From the IMG/VR virus record IMGVR_UViG_3300033153_009397, positions 16,004 through 80,003 of that record: a stretch of 64,000 nt of DNA; one strand, 5' to 3'. This document shows positions 28,960 to 39,200 of this stretch, one piece after another (the first letter of the stretch is position 1; each line of letters opens with the position of its first letter). Source of the DNA: a virus. Below the pieces are notes generated by a model. The model ran no database searches. It had not been told where the DNA came from and worked only from the letters and a program-made list of their open reading frames with translations. The position numbers were made by a program, and so were the translations under genes.

Positions 28960-29135
28960 GTTTCCTCTCATTTATTCTCTTATTTATTATAGGCTCTCTT
29001 GCTACGGCTATTGCTACTCTATTGTTATCTGTCTTTAAAATTGTAAGACTGATTGGGGTAGATAGATATCTGTTGATTATGTCTTTGTTAGGAGTAATGA
29101 TTTCTGGTTGCTATTTGTGGTGGAGTAGATTATGA
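28956..29135 (+). CDS. Two-TM small membrane protein (59 aa, not in ORF track)
   Basis: MSFLSFILLFIIGSLATAIATLLLSVF...; ATGA overlaps on both sides. Confidence 0.55.
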   Translation: MSFLSFILLFIIGSLATAIATLLLSVFKIVRLIGVDRYLLIMSLLGVMISGCYLWWSRL

Positions 29136-29662
29136 GGAGATATTGGAACTCTGAACGTGTAATAAGGTCTATAGAGACCTTTATTCATGAGACTGGATAC
29201 TTTCCTACCAAGAAGGATTTTAATGGGTTAGAATGTCTACCCTCTTATTCTACTTATCAGAGTATCAACATAGGAAGAAATATCGAACAGATTGAACAGC
29301 TACGTGAACAGTTACGGGCTGAAAATCGAACTTTTTTTCCTCGTCTTAATTACCCTCGCTCTAAGATGATAAATATCGTTAAAGAATATAGAAATCGTAC
29401 TGGCACCCCGTTCTTTTTAGAGATGGATAGGTTTTTCTATATAATTACTCTTCATGATGGATTGAGAATATCTTTTTTTGATACTCCCTTTGTTTTGGGG
29501 CATAAGCATCGCTATGAAGAGCTTAAGGACGAAGTTATGTTTGTCAATCCTTGTAAGGTTGAATGGGTATTGCAAAATATGGGTTTTCTTGCTGAATGTA
29601 AACAAAAAAATAAAAAAGAGGAGGATGAAGTTTCTACTCTGATAAGCTCTCTTCTAGAATAG
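29132..29662 (+). CDS. Protein with a homing-endonuclease-associated repeat-like N-terminus
   Basis: WNSERVI...GYFPT...LPSYST. Confidence 0.55.
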   Translation: MRRYWNSERVIRSIETFIHETGYFPTKKDFNGLECLPSYSTYQSINIGRNIEQIEQLREQLRAENRTFFPRLNYPRSKMINIVKEYRNRTGTPFFLEMDRFFYIITLHDGLRISFFDTPFVLGHKHRYEELKDEVMFVNPCKVEWVLQNMGFLAECKQKNKKEEDEVSTLISSLLE

Positions 29663-29957
29663 TATCACGTTTTGACAGATAAGGAATTGTTGCTTTTAAT
29701 GGAGTTCTAGTCATTTTAGACAATTCTTTGTTTTGTGTAAATTCTTTGCTTAGTTGGTTCATTAGACTTACTATATTTTTTATTGTTTTTTTCTTGATAG
29801 CAAAAAGAAAAGTAACTACTTTTTTATGAGATAGATATTGACAATCTAGTAATTCATCTGGATGATTATTAAGTAGTATGTCTCTAACAATGTTAAAAAT
29901 GTCATAGTTACAAGACATGATATTTATTCTTACAGCCTCACACATAACCTCACACAT
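29634..29957 (-). CDS. Hypothetical protein
   Basis: Start trimmed to reduce overlap with the C2H2 gene. Confidence 0.5.
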   Translation of the reverse strand: MCEVMCEAVRINIMSCNYDIFNIVRDILLNNHPDELLDCQYLSHKKVVTFLFAIKKKTIKNIVSLMNQLSKEFTQNKELSKMTRTPLKATIPYLSKRDTILEESLSE

Positions 29958-30177
29958 CTTTATGCATCCTTGTAATGTGAACACTTTTTCCTCTTTTGGT
30001 AGAAAATACTCTTCCACAATGTTCACAGACATATCCAACTTCTGCTGCCTCATAGTTGTCAGTTGAGTCCGTATATGCTGTACTAGTGTGTACCCAAGTA
30101 CGTCCACTATCAGTTGAATCTATCATAACAATGGGTTCTTTCTTTTCTTCCTTTTTCTTTCTTTTGAAAAATTTCAT
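29950..30177 (-). CDS. C2H2 zinc-finger protein
   Basis: YVCEHCGRVFSTKRGKSVHITRMH. Confidence 0.8.
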   Translation of the reverse strand: MKFFKRKKKEEKKEPIVMIDSTDSGRTWVHTSTAYTDSTDNYEAAEVGYVCEHCGRVFSTKRGKSVHITRMHKDV

Positions 30178-30539
30178 TCTTTTATCACTGTCCTTTTTAT
30201 CTGCCTATTTTCTACTTCTCTGAGTTTGGCCCGTTTGTAGACCTTTTTTTCTCTGCCAAGTATTTCTTTTTTCAGTTTTCTAAATTCTTTCAGTCTATCT
30301 GGCTTTATTCTGTATACTGGTGTTAGATGTGAGTCTTTTGGATGTCCTTTTTCTAGCAGTTCTGCATAGCTAAATGGATTGATATGGTAATGTACTGTTC
30401 CAGATTTCTTACCTACTTTTTCGCATATTTCACGAATACTCCACCACTGTAAGTTCCCTTCTTCATCAGTTTCTTCTAATAAATCAAGGATAACTTCTTT
30501 GGTGGACTTGGCCTTAACGTCGTCACTTTTTAATGGCAT
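30174..30539 (-). CDS. ArsR-like winged-helix regulator
   Basis: SIREICEKVGKKSGTVHYHI. Confidence 0.7.
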   Translation of the reverse strand: MPLKSDDVKAKSTKEVILDLLEETDEEGNLQWWSIREICEKVGKKSGTVHYHINPFSYAELLEKGHPKDSHLTPVYRIKPDRLKEFRKLKKEILGREKKVYKRAKLREVENRQIKRTVIKE

Positions 30540-30599
30540 TTTAATCTATGTAAACATTTAGACATCTACTATAAAAATCTATTGTTCTCATTATTAAGG

Positions 30600-30878
30600 T
30601 CATTTTTCAATGATTTTGTTGAACCTTAGTTTATTGTCGAAGGTACGTAGAATAATTGTGTCTTGAAGAAGTTCAAAAATAAGGGAAGAGTATCGTTTAC
30701 CTCTGAAATAAGTATGAGGGTTCATAGTGAGAAATGCTTTTTTCAATTCTTCATGAGTTAGAGAACCCTCTCTTCGAAGAATAAAAATAATACTATTAAT
30801 AGCAGCACGTTTATGGATAAACTCCATATTTCTACTAATATAAACTTCATTATTTTTGTATGGCAAAAAAATCATCAA
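30600..30878 (-). CDS. Putative winged-helix protein
   Basis: In-operon, downstream of polB. Confidence 0.5.
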   Translation of the reverse strand: MMIFLPYKNNEVYISRNMEFIHKRAAINSIIFILRREGSLTHEELKKAFLTMNPHTYFRGKRYSSLIFELLQDTIILRTFDNKLRFNKIIEK

Positions 30879-33800
30879 CTTGTGTATTAATTATTTTCTT
30901 TTTAGGCATTGTATCTTTTACTGGTTGTATTAATTGTTTAAAAACATTATTGAGTCTTTTGATATATTCTTGGTAGTCTAAATCCCTTTTTTTGGCTATT
31001 TCTATGGGTTCCACGCCTAGTATTTTATTATCCATGGACGGTTTATCAATGACGTAAACAAAGTCGATAAATGAGCCTTTTCTCATGATGATATTTTCAT
31101 CAATAGGATGTTTACTGGATGATTGAATAGCTTCAACTAATTTTTTGGCAGCACGAACATGAGGAGCTCTTTGTTGAGTATATTTAGAAAGAGGACGAGA
31201 AAGCTGTTTAGTAATCTTATAATCTTCAATACTGCCATGTTTTAATCGTATACCTCTAACAAATTTATCTCTAATGGCAATAAGATTGAAGTAAAGTTCT
31301 TTAATTTGCTCGGGACGGTTAAATTTTTCAATGGCTGCTATCCACTCATTGAAAGCTTGCTGTATGATGAGAGGGGTATCTCTCTTCTTGCCAACTAATC
31401 CTTTAATTGTTTTATGAAGCTTACCGTCTTTTTGTTCAATAACTACATAGTTTTTCTTTTTATGCAGTACAAGTATTAAGCCCGTTTCTTCTATATCTAT
31501 GTCTACATCATATTTTTCACTAATTTTTGGCTGCATTGTTTCTTTAAAGTGATTTACATCTAAACCTTTAATGAAAACACTGTCGGTATTATGTACAATT
31601 AGTTCTCCCACCCCAGCATGAAAATGATGGTTGTAAGTTGTAAGGTCGTATACATTTTCTTCTTCTTCTCTTAATAGTTCTATTTTTTTTATTTTTGTTG
31701 AGGAGTATCTTTGGTTGTTATTTGATATATTAAGACGAAATATATCTAATTTATCTCTTCTGGTATTAATAGAAACTTTATATCCTATTGACTTGGCGAG
31801 AAAATAGAGTCCTTGAGCTCCTATTTTACCTTTAATATCACATCTTAAGGAACCACTTTTTTTATCTCCATCCCCTCGATAATATCCTTCAAAGAAGGCT
31901 TTTTTTATCTCCTTTTTGCTATTAAGTATAATTGAAGGTATTTTCTTGTAACCATCTTCTGTGTATAAACTTAGATAGATTTTTACCATATCTTTTATGT
32001 TGCCTTTTGGTATAACTCTATATATTTTCGTACTCTTTCTGATATCTATGATTTTGAAGTCAGTAAAATGTCCGTAGACTTTGAGTAATTTCTTTTTTAA
32101 TTCCTTCATTAGTGGTAAATTATTTTTTCCTATATACCAAGAGTATTTTGTTCCCCATTTGGTATTATAAATACCACAACTACCATCGGCAAGAAATAAA
32201 CCCATTATCCAAGCTTCGTCTTTGGAAATATAATTCATGTTACTTTTTATTTCTGGAAAAGAGTGTAAAAGTTTATCACCAATTAGTATCTCAGAAGGTC
32301 TAACTATATTATTATTGGGTTTTAATAATGAATGGTCTTCTGTAACATCTACACAACCAGTATGAGTTAGTATTCTATAAATTTTCTTTTTGGTTTTGTG
32401 TTTATGTATTTTTAGAATTCTTGTCCAACCTTTTTCTGTCCACACTCTTAGATTTTCTCTAAATTCATGGTTTTCTAATTCTTTTATTGGCATGATTTCT
32501 ATGTAACCATCTAAGTTGGTTATTATTGGTGTATCTGCTGTTACACTATCTCCATAGAATACGGTTAAACCTTCTGCTTCAAATGTTTCTTTGATGCCAA
32601 TAAGGGTATCTCGTCCAGTGGCTGTTACACACTCTGCAACTGGACCGCAGAAAAAGGGGAAAGATTCAAAACCAGCAACTCCATAACTGGCATTGATGAT
32701 TACTTTTAGCCATTGTTCAATAACTTTGGCTATAGCATTAGTATTTTTCATGGGCTTATAATAGTAAACTCTTGCATCCTTGATGAAACCAACAACTGAA
32801 GGAAAGAGACCAATGTATTTGGTACAAACTTGATGATAAGCACCTTCAGAAACTTTTATTTTATTATCTTTACATTCTTCATGACCACAATTCATTGTAG
32901 TATAACATAAGTTATGGTTTACAATCATGGTGGGATAAAGAGAGGCTACATCAGCAACAATAATATCGTAGTGTACTCCTTTTTCCGGCTCAATGACTAT
33001 TGCTCCTCCATATCTCTTACCAGTGGTTGAAGCGGAAAGTATTTTTCCTATTGCACTTAATTCAATACGAGAAATGGCTAACATGTTGTAGAAATGAAGG
33101 GCACGATAGAATATATTTGATATAATAGCCGAAACTTGTCGTCTAACAGCACTTTCTACTGTTAAATGACCCATCCTCATTGCCATACAAATAAGTTTCA
33201 TTACTACTTCATTGTCAAAAGTAGCCAGTTTTAAGCAAAGAGATGTATCTTGAGCATTGTAATATAGTAATTCTTGCATACAGAGGTCTGTTACTCTTCC
33301 TTCATAGTCATATTTTGTCTCTCCTATGAGTTCTTTTGATACATCATCAAGAGAGTTTTGTTTGTATTTGTTTTTAAAAGCGTAATTTTTAATGCTTGGA
33401 TTAGAAAAGAATGGATAAAGGTCAATGAGGAACTTGTCTTTCAATCCTTTTACTATGCGGTCTTTTTTCTTATATGTTCTATCTTCATCTTCTGGTCGCA
33501 TAAATCCCCATATTCTACTATCATAAATTCCCAGATATTTCATTCTGGTGACAATATAGGGAATATCAAACATATCAAGGTTATATCCTACCACGAATTT
33601 TTGTTTCATAGCAAATAAGAATATCATAAATTTCTTTAGGAGTTCCACTTCATTATCACATATTCTAATAAGATGATTAGGATGTTTGAGGTTAAATTTT
33701 TTGACTTTTATTTTTCTGACCTCATCTGATATAACGAATGATAGGTGATGAATATCATCTCCTTTGTACCAACTCAAGGTAATGGAAGAAATAGGTGAAA

Positions 33801-34479
33801 CCGCCTCAAACGAATTTAAGGCATCTCTAAAGTTAAAATCTATTTCGATATCTAACGCTACCAGATGCTCCTTAAATTGTGGGAACGGAGTAGTGAAGAT
33901 ACTCATCATCCAATCATACATTTTTTTTGGTAGTTCTTTTTTGTATCTTTCTATTTGTTTTAGATTATAAATAGGGTGATGTTTTACATGGTACCAATCA
34001 ATCTCTGGAGATATAGTTGATATATTATAAGGCATACCAATTGTAATATTATGTTCTATGTTAAAGAGGTCGGCATATTTTATATGGTTGTTATATACGA
34101 AAGTAGGAAGCAAAAGTTGACTTAGTCCAGTTCCAGTATCTCTATCTGTAACATATCTAGGTTGAGTAACTATAACTTTGGTTACCTTCATTTTTTTTCG
34201 TGTTCTGGGATGAATTTTATCTACTTCTTCACATCCTATAACTTTTTTATTGTTCCAATATGGTTCTCCCCGTTCATTTAGTTTAACATATCCACATTCT
34301 CTTACTTTTTCGATGTTTAAGAGCTGTGATTCTTTTAATCTGGTATAAAAATAGGGTCGGTGAGATTTTCCATGCGGTATCTCGGTTAATTTTCCAGTTT
34401 CATCATTCCAGAAGATTAATACTTGTCCCGTTCTGCTTCCTTCTTTATTATATTTAGTGCTTATCAGCCATTCGGTCAT
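30850..34479 (-). CDS. polB: Family B DNA polymerase (archaeal type) with an intein
   Basis: Exo motifs LDIE, GYNLDMFD, YNAQD; polymerase motifs DVASLYP, KVIINASYG, YGD|TDS, KKNY, KGL. Confidence 0.97.
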   Translation of the reverse strand: MTEWLISTKYNKEGSRTGQVLIFWNDETGKLTEIPHGKSHRPYFYTRLKESQLLNIEKVRECGYVKLNERGEPYWNNKKVIGCEEVDKIHPRTRKKMKVTKVIVTQPRYVTDRDTGTGLSQLLLPTFVYNNHIKYADLFNIEHNITIGMPYNISTISPEIDWYHVKHHPIYNLKQIERYKKELPKKMYDWMMSIFTTPFPQFKEHLVALDIEIDFNFRDALNSFEAVSPISSITLSWYKGDDIHHLSFVISDEVRKIKVKKFNLKHPNHLIRICDNEVELLKKFMIFLFAMKQKFVVGYNLDMFDIPYIVTRMKYLGIYDSRIWGFMRPEDEDRTYKKKDRIVKGLKDKFLIDLYPFFSNPSIKNYAFKNKYKQNSLDDVSKELIGETKYDYEGRVTDLCMQELLYYNAQDTSLCLKLATFDNEVVMKLICMAMRMGHLTVESAVRRQVSAIISNIFYRALHFYNMLAISRIELSAIGKILSASTTGKRYGGAIVIEPEKGVHYDIIVADVASLYPTMIVNHNLCYTTMNCGHEECKDNKIKVSEGAYHQVCTKYIGLFPSVVGFIKDARVYYYKPMKNTNAIAKVIEQWLKVIINASYGVAGFESFPFFCGPVAECVTATGRDTLIGIKETFEAEGLTVFYGDSVTADTPIITNLDGYIEIMPIKELENHEFRENLRVWTEKGWTRILKIHKHKTKKKIYRILTHTGCVDVTEDHSLLKPNNNIVRPSEILIGDKLLHSFPEIKSNMNYISKDEAWIMGLFLADGSCGIYNTKWGTKYSWYIGKNNLPLMKELKKKLLKVYGHFTDFKIIDIRKSTKIYRVIPKGNIKDMVKIYLSLYTEDGYKKIPSIILNSKKEIKKAFFEGYYRGDGDKKSGSLRCDIKGKIGAQGLYFLAKSIGYKVSINTRRDKLDIFRLNISNNNQRYSSTKIKKIELLREEEENVYDLTTYNHHFHAGVGELIVHNTDSVFIKGLDVNHFKETMQPKISEKYDVDIDIEETGLILVLHKKKNYVVIEQKDGKLHKTIKGLVGKKRDTPLIIQQAFNEWIAAIEKFNRPEQIKELYFNLIAIRDKFVRGIRLKHGSIEDYKITKQLSRPLSKYTQQRAPHVRAAKKLVEAIQSSSKHPIDENIIMRKGSFIDFVYVIDKPSMDNKILGVEPIEIAKKRDLDYQEYIKRLNNVFKQLIQPVKDTMPKKKIINTQVDDFFAIQK
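31588..32547 (-). mobile_element. Intein (320 aa) with a LAGLIDADG homing endonuclease, inserted in PolB motif C
   Basis: YGD|SVTADTP...VTEDHSL...GLFLADG...EGYYRGDG...VYDL...IVHN|TDS. Confidence 0.95.
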
Positions 34480-34744
34480 TTTTTATACTCTCCATTTTTA
34501 GTCCAGCTTTATCCATCTGGAATTTAACGAATCTTACATGATTTTTATGGCTTATTTCTTCTTTTGTACAGTGGTCTATTATCTGCAACCGTAGTTCTTC
34601 CAGAAAGTCCATTAGTGGTAGTTTATCCATTGGTAAAAACCCATTTTCGTCAAACTCATTTAGTTGTGTTGCTGCAGCAAGTAGAATACTGTAGAACATG
34701 TTCGCTTTTTCTTTACCAAATATTATTTTTATTTCTTCTTCCAT
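34454..34744 (-). CDS. Hypothetical protein
   Basis: Lies between the methylase and polB. Confidence 0.6.
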   Translation of the reverse strand: MEEEIKIIFGKEKANMFYSILLAAATQLNEFDENGFLPMDKLPLMDFLEELRLQIIDHCTKEEISHKNHVRFVKFQMDKAGLKMESIKNDRMADKH

Positions 34745-35564
34745 ATTTATTTAACCTCTTTTTTGTTGCTTCTACATATGATTTGGCTATATCGCAGCCA
34801 TAGAAGTTGCAGCCTAAATGATTAGCTACTAAGGCAGTTGTTCCTCCACCCATAAATGGGTCATATACTGTAAAATTTTCTTTTCTATCATAATCCCAGT
34901 GAACTTTTATGCATGTTTCTGGGAATTCTGGAGGAAATTCTGTTGGGTTGAATCTTTTGACGTTTTGATTGTATTTTAATATGTTTATATCCCATACATC
35001 TCCTCTATCTCTGAATACTTTACCATACATCTCCATTTGTCTTTGTCTGGAAGCTTCATATCTTTTATCCATCAAATAGGCCTTACTATATTCTGTTCCT
35101 ATTCGGGATTTATCTAATTTGTGGTCACCTTTAGCAAACATGAATACATATTCTTTATATATCGAAAACTTTTTTACATATTTTGTCGGGGCGATAGGTT
35201 GCTTATTAGGCATAAACCATATAATATCTTGAATGAATTTCCATTCGGAGTGGTCTTCTATTTTTTGTACAATTGTTCCCATTGCCTTAAAATATGTAGA
35301 AATCTCTTTGGTATTGGGTTTGAGGTTTAAAAACATTAATGCCCCATCATTGCATATTTTGTCGGTGGGGTGAAGGCTATAAATTATAGTGTCCATCCAC
35401 TCTTGTAAAGGTAAATTATCGCTGGTTGCAGCGTAGATTTTTCCTATGTTATACTGGGGTGAAGTACATATTACATCTACTTTTGGTTTATTGTAAGAAT
35501 GTATCAGCCCGTAGATATAATTATGAAAATCTAAGGCATCATGACATAGAAGTATTTGTTCCAT
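34713..35564 (-). CDS. DNA methyltransferase, probably N4-cytosine (beta class)
   Basis: TSPQY (SPPY-like) and YDPFMGGGT. Confidence 0.88.
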   Translation of the reverse strand: MEQILLCHDALDFHNYIYGLIHSYNKPKVDVICTSPQYNIGKIYAATSDNLPLQEWMDTIIYSLHPTDKICNDGALMFLNLKPNTKEISTYFKAMGTIVQKIEDHSEWKFIQDIIWFMPNKQPIAPTKYVKKFSIYKEYVFMFAKGDHKLDKSRIGTEYSKAYLMDKRYEASRQRQMEMYGKVFRDRGDVWDINILKYNQNVKRFNPTEFPPEFPETCIKVHWDYDRKENFTVYDPFMGGGTTALVANHLGCNFYGCDIAKSYVEATKKRLNKYGRRNKNNIW

Positions 35565-35742
35565 TATATCAATCCTAAATATATTAATACTTGTTTTACA
35601 GTAAATATAGTTATTACAATGTACAAAATTATCAAGAATTCACTCGTCATAATTAAAAGTAAGACCTAACATATTTAAATATTTCTAACATTACGGTTCG
35701 GGCACGGGAAAATTGTACCAAAAATTTTTTCAAAAATGGTGA

Positions 35743-35934
35743 TTAAGGGATTTGGTCTAAGAAGTGAGAAATTTCATCGGTTTTTTCTTGGATTTTTCGC
35801 TGGTAATAGGCTTTTTTACCACGACTGGTAGTAGTTCTGCGAAGCTCAAGATAGCCGTCTATTTTACCTACTAAGTTGCGTAAATGATGTACGTAACCTC
35901 GTACTTCATCACGAGTGTAGGTCTCCCTCGTCAT
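35743..35934 (-). CDS. Hypothetical protein
   Basis: ATGA overlap. Confidence 0.6.
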   Translation of the reverse strand: MTRETYTRDEVRGYVHHLRNLVGKIDGYLELRRTTTSRGKKAYYQRKIQEKTDEISHFLDQIP

Positions 35935-36110
35935 TTTTTACCCTTTCTTTGTTTTTTGTAGTGTTCATCAATTCGTTTGTTATATTCATCGATAAGTTGT
36001 TCTGCCGCTTTGGGAAAGGCTTCTCGTTTTTTTCTCAGCTCTTTTGCTAATTGCTCAGAGGACATCTTTTTAATTTTTTCTTGGTCATCGACATCTTTAT
36101 TGTAACTCAT
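35931..36110 (-). CDS. Hypothetical protein (59 aa, not in ORF track)
   Basis: MSYNKDVDDQEKIKK...; GGTGA RBS. Confidence 0.55.
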   Translation of the reverse strand: MSYNKDVDDQEKIKKMSSEQLAKELRKKREAFPKAAEQLIDEYNKRIDEHYKKQRKGKK

Positions 36111-36120
36111 CTAATCACCA

Positions 36121-36190
36121 TGCATAAGGAGGTTTCTGGGCAAGGAAATGACCGAGAACCTTGCCTCAGAAGAATTAGCTGCACTTACGC
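36121..36190 (-). ncRNA. Candidate structured small RNA or 5' leader
   Basis: Starts 29 nt after a minus-strand TTTAAATA. Outer stem GCGUAAG/CUUAUGC, inner stem UUCUG(A)GGCAAGG/CCUUGCCCAGAA, loop UUCUCGGUCAUUU. Confidence 0.5.
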
Positions 36191-36236
36191 AATATACAAA
36201 GGGTACCGAACTATTTAAATTTATTGATGTAGAATT

Positions 36237-39200
36237 TTAGATGTAATAATTGGGGTCAGAAACAAGTCTCTTAAAAATAAGTTCTCCATCTGTATTTTTA
36301 TGCCAAGTTATACCAAAATGAGAGAGAAGATTAGGGATGGCTCGAAGTTCGCCAAGAAAGTCTCTTCCAAGATAAAGTTCTTTCTTAGCTCTGTTCTCAG
36401 TAAGCTGTTCATGTTTCTCAAAGTATTTTACAAATCTAACAAAGCGGTCATCTAGCAGAGCACCAAAACGTAACCATGCTTTGCCTATTTTAATGAACTC
36501 TTTATTCATGCCACGACTAGAGATACCTCTGTATTCTCGCATTTTTGCTATGTGGGGGATAGGGACATCTTCATCCATTTGAATAATTTCCATGACTTTA
36601 TTATAAGAGATACCCCAACAATAAACCAAGCTCTGTTCCTTAGCTGATGGGTCCTTTACTCTTCCTATTGTTTGATAAAACGTTTGATGCATATTCATTT
36701 TCTCTAACATATCTGATAGTTCAAAGGCATTCAAGTCTTGAAAAAGTTCTTCTTCATGATAATATCTTGCTAACCATAAATGGCTACCTTTGGGGGGAGC
36801 TGGAGGACATGCAGCAATCATTATTCTTTTCTTGCTTCCTACTCCTACAGTTTTATCTGACCTATACCATGTTACTTCTAAGTTATAAGGAAGATGTTTT
36901 TGTCTTTTCAGTGTCTGTATAAGACGATAAATAAACCTTTTATTGGGAAGTACTAACATGACATTCTCTGTTCCGTGAGCTTCGCAGACCATGTTGACAA
37001 ATTTTATTAAATCTTCTATGTGTTTTTGACTATTAGGGTGTTTGTTTAGCTGTTTAGCTGATACATTTCTAACACCACAAATAACTAACTGATTATCACA
37101 AGTTTTTCTGGGGTCTCCTATGACAAATCTCTTAAAATCTACTCCAAATACATCGCTTATCTTGGCTAAAGGCATAGTAGCATCAGTAACAATAATTTGG
37201 TTCTTGAAATGTTCTACAGTCATTTTTACAAACTGTTTAGTCATGTCTATCTTGGGAGTGGTTGTGAAAACTACTGAAGCTGGTTTATCTGGTGTAGGAG
37301 TGCTTTGCATCCACCAAGATTCATTCTGTAATAATACTAACATTCTTTCCAGACTATTAAGGTGAATATTAAAGTCTTTAGCATACTTACTAATCATTGC
37401 ATAATAAGAGAAGAAGTTTTCTTTATAATTACTTAACTCGGAAGGGGATAAAAAATTGCCTATTTTGTAAGTAGTAGATTTCTCAAAGATACCATTCAAA
37501 GCCGCCCTTCTAATAAACGGGTCAAATTTATTTATAAATTCGTCTGCTAGTTCAACTATCTTATTTATAGTTTGATTGTTATATTTCTCTATGAGCCTAG
37601 CTACATCTTGTGAGAGTTCATAAGTGTAATCAAAGAATTTTTCTCCCACTTCATTCTGTTCATATACAGTTATTTCAAGGGGAGAAGCTTGAACAAGCTT
37701 GGAAATTTCATCCATGAAAACGATATCAAAAGAGTTGTATAAGACACTGACAAATTCTTGAGCTTCTTTTTCTACGTTACTAAGAAGTGAGGTAAGCTTG
37801 TCATATGTTATGAATACTATGTCATAATCCATAATCCTTTCCATGATTGTTCTGTAAGCACACTTACCTACCTTTTCTCCTATCTGATACAAAGCATGGT
37901 CATGTTCAGAGACTATGATAGGTATTGGATATTCTCCTTCTCTATGAGGATACTCAAATACCTCTTCATAATATTCACAGTAACGATACTCGCTACTCCC
38001 CGACTGTGCCACAGCACAAGACGGTTTAGATTGGAACATCATATTTTTCCATTGCACTCCTTCTTCTCCCCAATTAGGATTTTCTTTTTTCTTCTTCTCT
38101 AAATCCATGAGAGTAAATCTAAGTTTTAAACAAGCCTTCATATTAGCTGATAATACTGCTCCTTCTATACTCTCTCCATATATATCATATATAAGCCTCA
38201 TTGCATCTACAAATACTTCTCTTGCTATTCTGTTGGTAGGGGTTACTACTAACATTCTCTTGCCATGAAATGTTGCTGCTCTAATAAGACTGGTAGTAAA
38301 ACCAGCTCGAGTAGTCTTTATGGCTTCAAAGTTGGTGGTAGGATTTCTAACTAACTCACTGACTAATGATGTAATAACTTCAAACTCATGTTCTGAGGAA
38401 GCAAACTTCTCTTTCTCTACAGTTACTACTGATTTGGGTTTGGGAAACATACAATAACTTCTTCTACATTTGGCTGCATCTTTTGGTGTACAGCAATAGA
38501 ATTCACTTTTTTTATCTTGCATTTTATCGCAGTGTGGTGGCATATCTGGTTGGTCTGGATTTCCATATGTCCATGCTACAAGTTGTATCTTATCTTTGTT
38601 TTGTGGAGTATTATCTTCCTCGTCATTTACTACAAATCTTATAAACAATGCACATTCATCTGGCGTATATCCCTTCCCTCCAAAATCGTCATACCTCATT
38701 GCTCCTAAATACCTAACCAGTATCATTCTCATCCAGTGGTCTCTTCTGTTTATCCAAGCATTTCTTATGCATGGAGGTGTATCAAATGGGTCTGTTCTAT
38801 TGACAAGATTAGTCATCTCTTGTAGTAATGCTTTTTGTTCATCTGTTAAAATGGTATTTGGTTCTGGTACCATCACTTCATATTCTGCATGGCCTTTTCC
38901 TTGATACGGTCTTCTTACTACTATCTTTGCTGTTTCATGCATTACCTCTTTGATTATATCTTCAAACTGGAATTCTTTATAGTATAGAGGCTTTATCTTT
39001 AGATATTTATATTTACTATATAGTATTGTTCTTGTAGCATTCATTTCTCCGTTGTCGTATTCTACTGGGACACAGTAGAATGTTTCATATGATAGCTTGG
39101 TATATACCGTGTATGGAAGTCTGTAGACGTGTCTTCCTCTCTTGTACAAAGAGGTATCAATGATAATGAGGTATTTGATATTATCTAATTCTATTATTTT

